A program made the position numbers and the translations under genes. This document shows, one piece after another, positions 9,409-19,259 of a stretch of 64,000 nt of DNA. Within the stretch, counting starts at the first letter, position 1. Every line of letters starts with the position of its first letter. The notes beneath the pieces are model-generated. The model worked only from the letters and a program-made list of their open reading frames with translations, ran no database searches and was not told the origin of the DNA. The stretch is from Polyangiaceae bacterium (GTDB lineage: Bacteria > Myxococcota_A > Polyangia > Polyangiales > Polyangiaceae), in the NCBI GenBank assembly GCA_044376115.1, contig JBILLK010000004.1, positions 160,001 through 224,000 of the forward strand, given 5' to 3'.

Positions 9409-11256
9409 TTACTTGATCGAGAAATAGTCGACGACCTTCAGCTTGCAAGAGTCGTCGCCGGACTTGGCCTGCGGCCAATCCAGACGCCGAATCTCGAACG
9501 GCGTTTGCCGCCTCGGGACGTCAAACCTGGGCGTCTTGTCGAAGCCGTAGGCCACGCCGTGAAGCACGCCGGCTTCGTCGATGTGCAGGCGCAAGAAGCT
9601 CTTGTACCCGGTGTAGCGGATTGCGCTGAAGGTCTCATTGCGATGACGACCCGCGAGGGACAGCGACAGGAACAGGTACAAGCCCATAACCCATCCGCCA
9701 ACGAGCGCACCGACAAAGGTGGTGGCGACCCATGCGCCAAGCAGCAGCAGGAGCGAAGCGAGCGAGCCGGCGTTGTCGAGCCAGCCGGGAGCAAGCCAGC
9801 GTGCCGCGAACCACGGGACCGCGATCGCCACGGCTGCGTGCGCAACGCCATGCAGCACGCCACCGATGTATTGATGCGAACGCTTGGAGGTGTCGGTGAA
9901 GGCGACGAAGCCGCCGATCAAAATCCCCACCCACGTCAGCAGCGACGGCGAGAGCAACAGATCCCACGCGATGGTCGTGGCCTCTTTGAGGTGCACGGCT
10001 TCTCGCACCGAAAGCAGGACGATCATCGAGAACAGCCCGTAAATGGCTCCCGAAGCGAGCCAGAACCAGCCGTTGATAAACGGAAAGGCCAGCGCCAAGA
10101 AGCTCACGCGCCTGGACTGCTCGCGCGATGGATAGGCGACGACTTCATCCTTCCCCTGGCCCTTCTTGTCGTCATCGAAGCGGTGCGTCGGATGCAAAAA
10201 GGCGCCGCCGCCCCCCGCGGTAACGAGCTGCGTTCCGTCTTTGGTTTGCTGCCGCCGGTAGTGATGAAGGTCCCCAGCCAACAGCAGCTTCACCCGGTCT
10301 CCAAGCGCGCGCTCCAACTTCTCGACGTTGGTACCCGAAGGTTCCTCGCTCGCCTCCACCCAATGCGGCTCCGCGTGAAAGAGCATCACCTTGGCCTTCG
10401 GCGGCAGGGACGCGGCAAGGTCGGTGAAGTACTTCAGCTGCGGACCATCGAGGTCCGACTCCAACTGCATATCGGTAGCAAAGACCCACCAATCGTGCGG
10501 CAGCTGCAGTGCGAAGTAGCTCCTCTTTTGCACCGTGTCCCAAGCGCCGACCTTCTTCCCACGCAGGAACACCTCGTTGAACGCCGTGAGGTTCTCGTAC
10601 CAATCGTGGTTGCCCGGGATCGAGAATGCGAGCCGCCGCTGACCGTCCTTCAAGAGCTCGGCCGAGGCGCACTCAAAAGGCACGACGAAGCGCTGCTGGT
10701 AGTCGCTCTTGGTGCCGGTCGGGTAGACCTCGTCGCCGCCCAACACCAGAATTTCGCCGGGAGCACGCAGTGCCTGCAACAGCCGCTCGCTCGGTGCGCC
10801 CCCAAGGCTGCGCGTTACTTTTTCGGTGAGCTGGCCTTTGAGCTCGGGGTTGAGCTTGAAGAGCTCCTTGTCGGTCGCGACGTGCGCCACCGCGTACGAA
10901 GCATCGAAGCCGTCCCCGGTATCGGCGATGTAGTCGAGCGTGATCGACTTCGCGTTGGGCATGAAATGAACGGCAACCGCCGTATCGCCCGCGCACTCAC
11001 CACCACAAAGGAAGGCCGTCTCCTCGGGATGGAGGTACGGATAGAGCAGCCGCAGATCCGCGTGCGTCGCAAACAGCTCGCTCGTCGCAATGCGAATCCC
11101 CGTCCGCACCAGCTGCCGCGGATCGTACCAACCCACGCTCTTCGCCGGCTCCCATGCAACCGTCCTCGGCTCCGGCGCCTCGGCCTGCTTCGCGCCTCCG
11201 CCAGCGTCAGCCGCGTTCGACTCCGCGGCCTTCTCGCTCGCCTCCCCCATCGCCAT
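9409..11256 (-). CDS. Membrane-associated calcineurin-like metallophosphoesterase
   Basis: ADTGD, GGDEVYP, PGNHDWY and GDLHHY motifs; several C-terminal TM helices. Confidence 0.85.
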   Translation of the reverse strand: MAMGEASEKAAESNAADAGGGAKQAEAPEPRTVAWEPAKSVGWYDPRQLVRTGIRIATSELFATHADLRLLYPYLHPEETAFLCGGECAGDTAVAVHFMPNAKSITLDYIADTGDGFDASYAVAHVATDKELFKLNPELKGQLTEKVTRSLGGAPSERLLQALRAPGEILVLGGDEVYPTGTKSDYQQRFVVPFECASAELLKDGQRRLAFSIPGNHDWYENLTAFNEVFLRGKKVGAWDTVQKRSYFALQLPHDWWVFATDMQLESDLDGPQLKYFTDLAASLPPKAKVMLFHAEPHWVEASEEPSGTNVEKLERALGDRVKLLLAGDLHHYRRQQTKDGTQLVTAGGGGAFLHPTHRFDDDKKGQGKDEVVAYPSREQSRRVSFLALAFPFINGWFWLASGAIYGLFSMIVLLSVREAVHLKEATTIAWDLLLSPSLLTWVGILIGGFVAFTDTSKRSHQYIGGVLHGVAHAAVAIAVPWFAARWLAPGWLDNAGSLASLLLLLGAWVATTFVGALVGGWVMGLYLFLSLSLAGRHRNETFSAIRYTGYKSFLRLHIDEAGVLHGVAYGFDKTPRFDVPRRQTPFEIRRLDWPQAKSGDDSCKLKVVDYFSIK

Positions 11257-11404
11257 GCGCGGCAGACTATGGGCCTCGGGGAATGGAGGCCAGAGGGGAT
11301 CACCGGCTCATTGCAGCGGAAGGCGCTGGGGATCGTCGCGCGCATGCAACGGCGTCGCCCTCCCTGGATTCCGCCTCCCTCCCAGCGCTACCATCTTCCT
11401 CACT

Positions 11405-11629
11405 ATGGGGCCCAAGCGAACCATCACCCGCTGCGACTGCAGTCCGGAGACGCTTCACCGTGTGCTCGACCAGCGTCACCCGGGCTACTGGGTCACGACC
11501 TTGCTCACGGGCGAGTGCAAGAAGCGCAGCAAGGCCGACGGGCTCGTACTGTGGAATCACCTCGACTTCGACTATCCCGAGGACGAAGAGGCTGGCGAGC
11601 TCGCTGAGCAGGCGCTGAAGAAGAATTAG
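11405..11629 (+). CDS. Small hypothetical protein (74 aa)
   Basis: MGPKRTITRCDC..QALKKN with strong GC3 bias; fills the intergenic gap. Confidence 0.55.
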   Translation: MGPKRTITRCDCSPETLHRVLDQRHPGYWVTTLLTGECKKRSKADGLVLWNHLDFDYPEDEEAGELAEQALKKN

Positions 11630-11684
11630 CGCCCCGCGCGTGCCGCATCGTGCATCCACAGCCCTGACCTGGTACGTCCGCGGC

Positions 11685-12026
11685 ATGGCAAGTCGAGTTG
11701 GTGCGAGCTTCGTGATGGGCGTGTTTGCAGCGCTGGGCCTCGTGGCCTGCGGCTCACCGATTGAAGGTGGGCAAGCCGATGGCAAAGATTGCAACTACGC
11801 ACTCGCCGCGTCGGCCTGCAGTCCCACCTCCTTCTGCGACGCGGGAAAGCCCGACGCGAACGGTACGTATCCGCGCATCCATCACTACGCCGACAAGTCG
11901 CATCCGCTTGGCACCTGCCGTCCCAAAGGCGCTTCTGGAATCGAGTGCAACGGCAAGGAGCAATGCGTGAGCGGGGATTGTGTCTACGCGGCCACGCCCG
12001 TCGGCAGCGCTGGCAAGTGCAAGTAG
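11685..12026 (+). CDS. Small Cys-rich lipoprotein
   Basis: LVAC lipobox, 8 further Cys. Confidence 0.7.
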   Translation: MASRVGASFVMGVFAALGLVACGSPIEGGQADGKDCNYALAASACSPTSFCDAGKPDANGTYPRIHHYADKSHPLGTCRPKGASGIECNGKEQCVSGDCVYAATPVGSAGKCK

Positions 12027-12041
12027 CGCACGGTCCTCCGC

Positions 12042-12647
12042 TCAGCGCCCCATCCGCTGCAGCCCGGCTTGAATCGAGCGATGGCTCACTACGGTGAGCA
12101 CCGAGCCCGCCTTGCCATATGCTTTGCGGTCGTCGAGCAGGTACGCGGCGCCGTTGTCGATACAGTTCGCGCCCGCTGCGTTCACATCGCAAGCGAGCTC
12201 AGCGCCGTTGGCTGCGCCGTGACGCGAGAAGGTGCACTCACCGTTGGCCGACTCGGGCAAACAACGCGGGCCGTTCGCGAGGCGGCTGGCGACAGCGGAC
12301 TTCTCCTCCCTTGAGTACAGGATCAAAGCGGTGAGTCGCCCGTCGACGAAGGCGCCGTGCGCCCCGTGCACAGCGCGAATCAGGTCGCCTGAGTGATCCG
12401 GCGCGTCGCCGTCGCACCGCGCCTCGGCTGCGTTCGGGAAGTCGAGCTTCGGCGAGCTGCGTGTGGCCAAGCAAGCGGCCTTGAACTGCTCCACCGTCTG
12501 CCCGAAGGTGAAGCCCGATTGGCCGAGCACAGGCTTTACTCCCGCGGTCTGCGATCCAGCGCGTGAGGCCGGCTCATCCACGCGATCACTGCAGGCCGCT
12601 AACAACGACACGCCAACCAATGCCGCGGTGCCGAACCGAGCGCTCAT
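12042..12647 (-). CDS. Hypothetical Cys-containing lipoprotein
   Basis: LAAC lipobox. Confidence 0.6.
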   Translation of the reverse strand: MSARFGTAALVGVSLLAACSDRVDEPASRAGSQTAGVKPVLGQSGFTFGQTVEQFKAACLATRSSPKLDFPNAAEARCDGDAPDHSGDLIRAVHGAHGAFVDGRLTALILYSREEKSAVASRLANGPRCLPESANGECTFSRHGAANGAELACDVNAAGANCIDNGAAYLLDDRKAYGKAGSVLTVVSHRSIQAGLQRMGR

Positions 12648-12751
12648 AGCCGAAGTCGATATCACCGTGCGCGCCCCGGAAGCAACGCGCGTTGACCGCA
12701 CGTAGGCGCAAAAAAGTCCCCGCGGCGGCGTCTCGCGTTAGCCTGCGCGCG

Positions 12752-13390
12752 ATGAACGCTCGCCTCGCTCTCTTCGCCTGCTTCGGCCTGTTTGGTTGCG
12801 CGTCCAACGTCGCACCGGACGGCTCGCCCAACGCTGAGCCCAGCGCTGCCCTCTCGTCACAGCCACCGGCGACCTCAGCCAGCCCGTCTTCAAGCGAAAC
12901 GAGCACGACTCCGAGTTCAGCCTCAAGTGCGCAGACCAGCGGCTCCGCGAACGCCGAAGCGGATTGCAAGCAGCAGCCTTGGCCGACCTTCAAAGCGCCC
13001 GCCCTCGCGGCGGCGGAAGCGCCGGCGCTGGCAACAGGCACGGCCTCGGCGGCCGCCCGCGCGCCCGCAAAAAAACCAACCCCGAAGCCCAGCGCCGAAG
13101 CAGGCGACATCCCCGGCGCCGCCGAGGTGGTGCAAAGCATGTCGCCCGACTTTGGTCGCTGTTTGACGCGGCAACTTTGTGAAGACCCGCGCACCGAGGC
13201 GAAGCTGCGTCTGACCTTGACCATCGACCCGCTCGGTCAGGTCAGCGCAGCGACCAGCACCGGCGCCAACCCCGAGCAAGCGTTGTTCGCGCGCTGCATC
13301 GAGTCGGCGGCCAAAGCCAAACGCTTCTCCCCGCCGCAAGGCGGCATCGGTACGCTGGTTGTGCCGCTCAACTTCAAGGCAGGCACCTGA
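12752..13390 (+). CDS. Lipoprotein with AgmX/PglI (TonB_C-like) C-terminal domain
   Basis: LFGC lipobox, Pro/Ser/Ala linker, RC..LRLTLTIDPLGQV..ARCIE..RFSPPQGG..VVPLNF. Confidence 0.7.
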   Translation: MNARLALFACFGLFGCASNVAPDGSPNAEPSAALSSQPPATSASPSSSETSTTPSSASSAQTSGSANAEADCKQQPWPTFKAPALAAAEAPALATGTASAAARAPAKKPTPKPSAEAGDIPGAAEVVQSMSPDFGRCLTRQLCEDPRTEAKLRLTLTIDPLGQVSAATSTGANPEQALFARCIESAAKAKRFSPPQGGIGTLVVPLNFKAGT

Positions 13391-13448
13391 GCGCTGCTTC
13401 GCCGCGCCGGCCGAGGTCGTGTCCACGGCGTCAACGGCCGACGTAGCT

Positions 13449-14168
13449 TCAGCTGCAGCCGTCGACGCCGCAGGTTGCACCTTCGGGCGCGCTCTCCGCC
13501 TGCAGCTGCTCGCGCGCCGCTCGCTCGATCGCCCCTTTGAGGAGCTCAGCCGGCTGGGCGCCGGAGACCGCGTATTTCCCGCCGATCACGAAGAAGGGCA
13601 CACCGCGGATCCCGATCGAGCGGGCCTGCGCCTCGTCAGCTCGCACCTCTTTACTGAACTCGTCCGTCTCCAAGATGCGCTCGACGTCCGCCTGCGCCAG
13701 GCCGACCTCGAGGCTCATCCTCAGCAGCGCTTCGCGCTCGCCGATGGCCTCGCCTTCGCACAAGTAGCCGCGCATGAAGCGCTCTTTGAGCTTGTCCTGC
13801 AGCCCTCCTTGCGGGTCGCTCTCCAGGGCGAAGTGAAGCAGCCGATGAGCGTCGAAGGTGTTGCCCGGGCGAATTCGATCGAAGCGAAAGTCGAGCCCGT
13901 CCTTGGCCGCGACCTCGGTCATGGCGTCGATCATGTCTTGGGCTTGCTGTTTGGTGCGACCGTACTTTGCCGCGAGCTTCGCGACGTAGTCCACCTCGGC
14001 GGGCTGAACGCGGGGCGCCGCTGCATCGAGCTCGAAGGCGCGCCACACGAGGTCCACCTCGGGGGCCTCCTGCTCGAAGGCGCTCAGGGCGGACTCGAGC
14101 CGCCGTTTGCCGACGTAGCACCAAGGGCACGCGATGTCCGACCAGATCTCGATGCTGAGCTTCTTCAT
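13449..14168 (-). CDS. frnE: DsbA/FrnE family oxidoreductase
   Basis: WSDIACPWCYVG, GVPFF, C-terminal CGVDGC. Confidence 0.9.
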   Translation of the reverse strand: MKKLSIEIWSDIACPWCYVGKRRLESALSAFEQEAPEVDLVWRAFELDAAAPRVQPAEVDYVAKLAAKYGRTKQQAQDMIDAMTEVAAKDGLDFRFDRIRPGNTFDAHRLLHFALESDPQGGLQDKLKERFMRGYLCEGEAIGEREALLRMSLEVGLAQADVERILETDEFSKEVRADEAQARSIGIRGVPFFVIGGKYAVSGAQPAELLKGAIERAAREQLQAESAPEGATCGVDGCS

Positions 14169-14232
14169 CGGGCGTAGCTTGGCTCAGCTGCGCCTGGAGT
14201 CCAACCCAATGCGGGCCAGCAGCTCGCTAGGA

Positions 14233-15003
14233 TCAACGGCTGCGGGGCGCGTAGAACACCAGATGTTGCCAGGGCAGCTCGTCAAAGCTGCGAACCTCCA
14301 CAAAGCCGTTGGCCTCGAGCTCGAGCTTCATCTGGGCGCGAGACATCTTGTGCTCCGGCTTGATCGGCACCGTCTCGTCCTCGGCGCGGAACTCGAGCAA
14401 CGCGAGCGTGCCGCGAGGGCTCAACGCCTCGGCGAGGTGACGGAGCATTCCGGCCGGATCATCGAGCTCGTGGTAGACGTCCGCCAGCAGCACCAGATCG
14501 CACCCGCGCCTCGGCAAGCGAGGATCGACCCCCTGCCCGAGGATGGTCTCCACGTTGGGTAGCTTCGCCGCCTTGGCGCGCTCGCTGAGCAAGGCGAGCA
14601 TCTCCGGCTGGATGTCGACGGCGAGGGCCTTGCCTCCCGGAGCAACCATGCGCGCGAGCTCGAGCGTGTGGTAGCCGTTACCGGCTCCGACGTCACAAAC
14701 TACATCTCCCGGTTTGACGCCGAGCGCTGCCAACATGCGAGAGCCTTGCTCCTCGGCCTCGCGCTCGGGACGGGTTAGCCAGTCCGCGCCCTCGTGCGAC
14801 ATGGTCGGGGCGATCGCGCGGCCGAGGTAGAAGCCCGGCCGGTCCACCTTCGCGCCCTCGGCGCGCACCGAGCTGACGGACCGGGCTGAGCCAGCGCTGC
14901 CAACACGGCTCGCTTGGGGCGACATCTGCGCGCTCGCCGCATCCTGGCTGGAGGGCTGGCAGGCGAGCAGGAGCAGGATGAACGGGCACCACCGGCGAAC
15001 CAT
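14233..15003 (-). CDS. Class I SAM-dependent methyltransferase with lipoprotein signal
   Basis: DVGAGNG SAM motif, AVDIQPEML, DVYHE; LLAC lipobox. Confidence 0.85.
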   Translation of the reverse strand: MVRRWCPFILLLLACQPSSQDAASAQMSPQASRVGSAGSARSVSSVRAEGAKVDRPGFYLGRAIAPTMSHEGADWLTRPEREAEEQGSRMLAALGVKPGDVVCDVGAGNGYHTLELARMVAPGGKALAVDIQPEMLALLSERAKAAKLPNVETILGQGVDPRLPRRGCDLVLLADVYHELDDPAGMLRHLAEALSPRGTLALLEFRAEDETVPIKPEHKMSRAQMKLELEANGFVEVRSFDELPWQHLVFYAPRSR

Positions 15004-15115
15004 GCACAAGACGTAGCACCGTTGGCCAAAGCTGGCCGCTCGGCGGCACAGCGAACCGCCCCCTCCTTCTGATCGCTTCAAGCTGAAGCGACACTACCCC
15101 TCGAGGAGCTTTCAC

Positions 15116-15751
15116 ATGAGGGTTGATTCGGTTGTGCTCGCGTTTAGCGTCCTCTCCAGCGTGGGTTGCGCGGGAGGGATCGATGCGGCGCGCTTCAGCG
15201 AGGATGCGTGCTGCAGCTTGGAGCTCCCGGCATTGGGCAGCTTCGTGTTGCCCGAACCGGTCGACTTCGTCGAGATCCGCTATCTCTTCGATCCGGGCAC
15301 AGCCGGGGACAAGCGAGGCATGTCGTTCGGTACGCCCTGCAAAGACGCAACCACGCCCGAGTGTGAGCAGCAGCTGGCGACGACCGAGAGCACTACCGGC
15401 TGGCCCGCCGGCCGCTACCGCCGTTCGTATCTGCTGATCAACCGCGGCGAGACGGTATCGCTGGTGAACACGCTCGAGGGCCTGCGCGATTGGCTGGGCT
15501 CGATCGACAACGCGGCGGAAGCGATCTTCCTCGCCGCAGCCGAGTTGGACGGAAAGATCGTGTGTCAGCGCTACTCCACGCCGGTGAACAACGTGCTCGC
15601 GACGTCGAGCGGTTGGGAGCTGTACCTCGAGACCGGCAGCGGCTGCGGCGACGAAGCCTTCGACCGGCGGGTGTACGTGAGCAAAGACGGTGAGGTCGAG
15701 ATCCTCGAGTCCGACCGGATCGCCGACGACAACGACTTCTGCGGTGGATGA
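15116..15751 (+). CDS. Hypothetical Cys-containing lipoprotein
   Basis: GAGGAG RBS, SVGC lipobox. Confidence 0.7.
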   Translation: MRVDSVVLAFSVLSSVGCAGGIDAARFSEDACCSLELPALGSFVLPEPVDFVEIRYLFDPGTAGDKRGMSFGTPCKDATTPECEQQLATTESTTGWPAGRYRRSYLLINRGETVSLVNTLEGLRDWLGSIDNAAEAIFLAAAELDGKIVCQRYSTPVNNVLATSSGWELYLETGSGCGDEAFDRRVYVSKDGEVEILESDRIADDNDFCGG

Positions 15752-15767
15752 CGGCGGCGCGTGATGG

Positions 15768-16829
15768 CTAGCGCGCGCAGGCGTCGGTAACGCCGCCGCG
15801 GCACGCCAGCTCGAGCAGCTGGTTCGCCTTGGCGTCGTTCTTGGGAACACCGAGGCCCTTGCGGTACATCAGGGCCGCGTTGAGGCAGCCTTGCACCTTG
15901 TCCACGGTGCATACGCGTTCAAACATTTCGGTGGCCCGCGGCAGGTCTTCAGGAACTTCTCGGCCTTGAAGAAAGATGACGCCGAGGTTGAAACAGCCGG
16001 ACGTGTGCTCCTTGGTACAGGCACGTTCGGACCAGTCCACGGCCTTGACGCGGCTCGCCGTCACGCCGCGCCCTTCGACGTACATCGCGCCGAGGTTCGA
16101 GCAGCCGAAGAGTACGCCACCTTCGCATGAACGCTGGAAAAGCTTGGCCGCTCGAGCGTCGTCGCGCGCGAGCTCACCACCTTGAGCGAGCATCGTGCCC
16201 AGGTTGTAACAAGCCGTCGGCTGGCCTGCTTCGCACGCGCGCTCATAGAGCGCACCGGCCTTAACGGGGTCCTTGGAAACGCCGCGGCCCTGTGCGGTCA
16301 GCCGACCAAGGTGGAAACAGCCGTCCGCCGCGCCGGCTTCACAGGAGCGCTGATAGAGTTCGGCTGCGTGGGCCTCGTCGACGAAGATCCCGCGGCCTTG
16401 CTCATAGATGGTGCCCAAGCTCGAACAGGCCTTCGCTTCTCCGCCTTCACACGCTTGGGCAAACAACCGTGAAGCACGATCTTGGTCCGTGGCAGGGCGC
16501 TTCGGGTCGGAAAGGAGCACCGCCAGGTTGTAACAACCGGCGGCGATGTCGCCGTCGCACGCGCGCTCAAAGAACGGAACAGCCTTCGCCTCGTCCTTCG
16601 CGACTCCGCGCCCTGTCGCATAGTCCAGTCCGCGGTGCGCGCACGCGACCGCATCCCCTTTCAAACACGCCTCGTCATTCGACGGAGGCGACGTCGAGGC
16701 CGAAGGCGCAGCGGTCGGACCGGGCGCGGTTGGGCTGACGGCAGCTGCGTCGCCGTGGTCACATCCTGCTGCGGCGAGCAAAGCAAACAACCATGAACTC
16801 GCGACCGCCAGCCGCGCTGCGAAGATCAC
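15768..16829 (-). CDS. Sel1-like repeat (Cys-bridged, Hcp-like) lipoprotein
   Basis: About eight 36-aa repeats of type AC..LG..Y..G.GV..D...A..LY..AC. Confidence 0.9.
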   Translation of the reverse strand: MIFAARLAVASSWLFALLAAAGCDHGDAAAVSPTAPGPTAAPSASTSPPSNDEACLKGDAVACAHRGLDYATGRGVAKDEAKAVPFFERACDGDIAAGCYNLAVLLSDPKRPATDQDRASRLFAQACEGGEAKACSSLGTIYEQGRGIFVDEAHAAELYQRSCEAGAADGCFHLGRLTAQGRGVSKDPVKAGALYERACEAGQPTACYNLGTMLAQGGELARDDARAAKLFQRSCEGGVLFGCSNLGAMYVEGRGVTASRVKAVDWSERACTKEHTSGCFNLGVIFLQGREVPEDLPRATEMFERVCTVDKVQGCLNAALMYRKGLGVPKNDAKANQLLELACRGGVTDACAR

Positions 16830-16924
16830 GAACTTACCTTAACCAACCGCGCGCCGAAAACCGACATGCCTCCTTACGCGTAAGCAGCCGAGCGGTTGCA
16901 ACGCGCGTCGCAGGAAGCTGCAAC

Positions 16925-18016
16925 TCAGGCGAGCGCCAAGAACTCGCGCATTCGCTCGAGCTCCTGCTCGAGCTCCCGCCGAAAGAGCGCCTCGCGCGGC
17001 GGCTTGCCGGCGTCGTAGCCGAACTCAGCCTGCAGCGCTCCGTCGCTGACCGAGAGGTTGCCCCAGCCGATCACCCGATCGCGATAAAGCAACGGCAAGG
17101 CGTAGTAACCACGCACCCGCTTCTCAACCGGCGTGTACGCCTCGAAGCGATAGGCAAAGCCGAAGAAAGTCTCGAAGCGTTCACGGTCCCACACGATCGG
17201 ATCGAAGGGAGCGAGCAGCCGTACAGCCTCATCCCCCTCGCCTACTCGCGACGGTGATTCACCGTGCGGCCAACACCACGTTTGGCCCTCGATCGTGGCT
17301 TGCGGCAAGCGCTCGCGAGCCCGCGCAACGGCGGCTTTGAACGCACCATTGGCGTGCAGCGCTGGCGCGGCATAGCGCATCGTCCGCAGCAAAACGCCGA
17401 GCCCGCGGAAGGTGGTCGGTGCGTACTTTTTGAGCAATAGATCGATCAGCGCATCGGCCCGCTCAGCTTCGCTAAGCGCAGTCTGCGGCGGCTCGACGGC
17501 TGCATACACGCGCTGGCCATTCACCCGCAGCGCCACGCGCAAACGGCCCTGATAGTGAAGTCGCTCCATCAGCTGGGTGACCGCGTTGGAGGTGCCGCCC
17601 CAAGCGTTGGTGCGCCGGCCGAGGCTTAGTTCATCGGCGAGCTCGTGCGCGCGACTCGGTCCGCGTTCACGCAAGAGCGCGAGCAGCCGCTGGGCATGCT
17701 TCTCGTCGGTGGCGGTAAAGGCGCGACGCGGCGTTCGTGGTTGCAATAGCGCCACGTGCTCACGCGGAACAAAGCCGTAGTTGACGAACAGCTCCTCCTC
17801 GATCGCCAGGCGCGGGTAACGCCGCTCGAGATCGCCCGCGCGATAGTTGGTCACGCGCAGCCGAAGGATCAGATCTTGGGCGCGCGCGGGCGCACGAATC
17901 GGATCGGCCTGCACGAAGCCGAGCTTGCGAATGGCGGTGAGCAGCGTGGTCGGCCGAAACAGCGTGCGACGCACCGCATAGCGCCGCAGCGTATCGAGCG
18001 TGAGCGGGCTAGCCAC
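16925..18016 (-). CDS. ycaQ: AlkZ/YcaQ-family (HTH_42) interstrand-crosslink DNA glycosylase, YcaQ-like QxD type
   Basis: FVQADPI, LLAPFDPIVWDR, YRFEAYTP..KRVRGYYALP. Confidence 0.85.
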   Translation of the reverse strand: MASPLTLDTLRRYAVRRTLFRPTTLLTAIRKLGFVQADPIRAPARAQDLILRLRVTNYRAGDLERRYPRLAIEEELFVNYGFVPREHVALLQPRTPRRAFTATDEKHAQRLLALLRERGPSRAHELADELSLGRRTNAWGGTSNAVTQLMERLHYQGRLRVALRVNGQRVYAAVEPPQTALSEAERADALIDLLLKKYAPTTFRGLGVLLRTMRYAAPALHANGAFKAAVARARERLPQATIEGQTWCWPHGESPSRVGEGDEAVRLLAPFDPIVWDRERFETFFGFAYRFEAYTPVEKRVRGYYALPLLYRDRVIGWGNLSVSDGALQAEFGYDAGKPPREALFRRELEQELERMREFLALA

Positions 18017-19259
18017 GCCGCTGGCCTTGCACCGCTTCGGCCTCGGTCGCTTCAGCCTCGTCCGATTCGAACTCGCGCTCTTGGGCCTTGCTCAACGCCG
18101 ACCCGAGCGCCTCACGCAGCGATCGCTCGGCGGTGGTGCTCACGGCGATGCGCACCTTCGCGCGCCCCGCCTTCGACTCAGCGAGGGCGTGCGCTGCAGC
18201 CACGCGGTCTTCCGAAGCGGCGTTCGGATCGAGCACCAGCGCGCTCACCGCCTCCGGCGCAATGTGCCCTTGTCGATAGCCGGCCTCCCCTTCGAGCACC
18301 GCTTTTGCCGCACGTACCCGCTCAGCCTGCGAACCGCTGAGTGTAAGCGGCGCGCCGTGCGCAGCAGAGGCAGCGCGCGCTTGCTCGATGCGTGCGGCAA
18401 GTCGTTCGGGCGTATCGGCAGCGATCGAGTCGGTGGCCATCGGAAGACGCAAGGGGGCTTTGCGCCCACGCACCTCGATCTCGATGCCTCCGGCCTCCAT
18501 CACCACGCTCCTGCCGCGAAAGGGCGTCACACGCGTGATCTGCGCCCACGGAATGAACTCGGTCTTTCCGAGCCTACGGACACTCAAGCCATCCAGCCCA
18601 ACCGAGCACACCACCGGAACCGCGGCGCTCAAGGCCAGCAGCCCGAAAAAGCCCACGACCAGCACCAGCAGCTGCGGGGCCGGCCACCCCGCTGCCACCC
18701 ATTGCAGCATGACCGCAATCATCAGCAGCGAGCCAGCGATCACGCTAGGGACGAACCAGCGCTTGCCCAGCCACTCTGACTGCGCGACGAAGTGAGCGGT
18801 GCGCATTTCGGCGTCGAGCCCGAGCTGCGTCAGCAGGCTTTGCGCTTCAGCCGCGTCACGGAAATGCAACACCGTTGGCTCGCGCCAACGCTCAGAGCGC
18901 AACTGCAGCTCCACGCCGTCCGCGACCGGCTGCAACGCGCCTTGCGTCAGCGCCTTACGTCGCAAGCGCCGGCCGCCGACGTGAAGGAACTCGGCCTCGA
19001 GCTCCACCTTCGATGGCTGACCGCGCAAGAGCGGAGCGTCGGTGAAGCGCACCGCGCCGAGGATCAGACCCGTAACCGCGATCAAGCCGGAACCAATGCT
19101 GTAGAGATCGCCCGCGCCCAATAGCGCCGGCACGAGCGAGACGCCGCTCAAGACCATCAGCGCGAGCGGCAACCGCAACGAGCGCAGCTCGCGTCGCACC
19201 AGCGAAGCCTCGAGCGTTGGCTTCGCAAGCGGCGCTTCTTTCGCCGACGGCTCACTCAC
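18009..19259 (-). CDS. Hypothetical membrane protein (two TM hairpins, PH-like domains)
   Basis: Hydrophobic segments; GTG start overlaps the upstream stop; 3' end overlaps the ycaQ start. Confidence 0.65.
   Translation of the reverse strand: MSEPSAKEAPLAKPTLEASLVRRELRSLRLPLALMVLSGVSLVPALLGAGDLYSIGSGLIAVTGLILGAVRFTDAPLLRGQPSKVELEAEFLHVGGRRLRRKALTQGALQPVADGVELQLRSERWREPTVLHFRDAAEAQSLLTQLGLDAEMRTAHFVAQSEWLGKRWFVPSVIAGSLLMIAVMLQWVAAGWPAPQLLVLVVGFFGLLALSAAVPVVCSVGLDGLSVRRLGKTEFIPWAQITRVTPFRGRSVVMEAGGIEIEVRGRKAPLRLPMATDSIAADTPERLAARIEQARAASAAHGAPLTLSGSQAERVRAAKAVLEGEAGYRQGHIAPEAVSALVLDPNAASEDRVAAAHALAESKAGRAKVRIAVSTTAERSLREALGSALSKAQEREFESDEAEATEAEAVQGQRRG

Noticed and set aside
9382..11607. 741-aa plus-strand ORF
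   Set aside because: Antisense shadow of the metallophosphoesterase gene; no motifs; long shadow ORFs are expected at high GC
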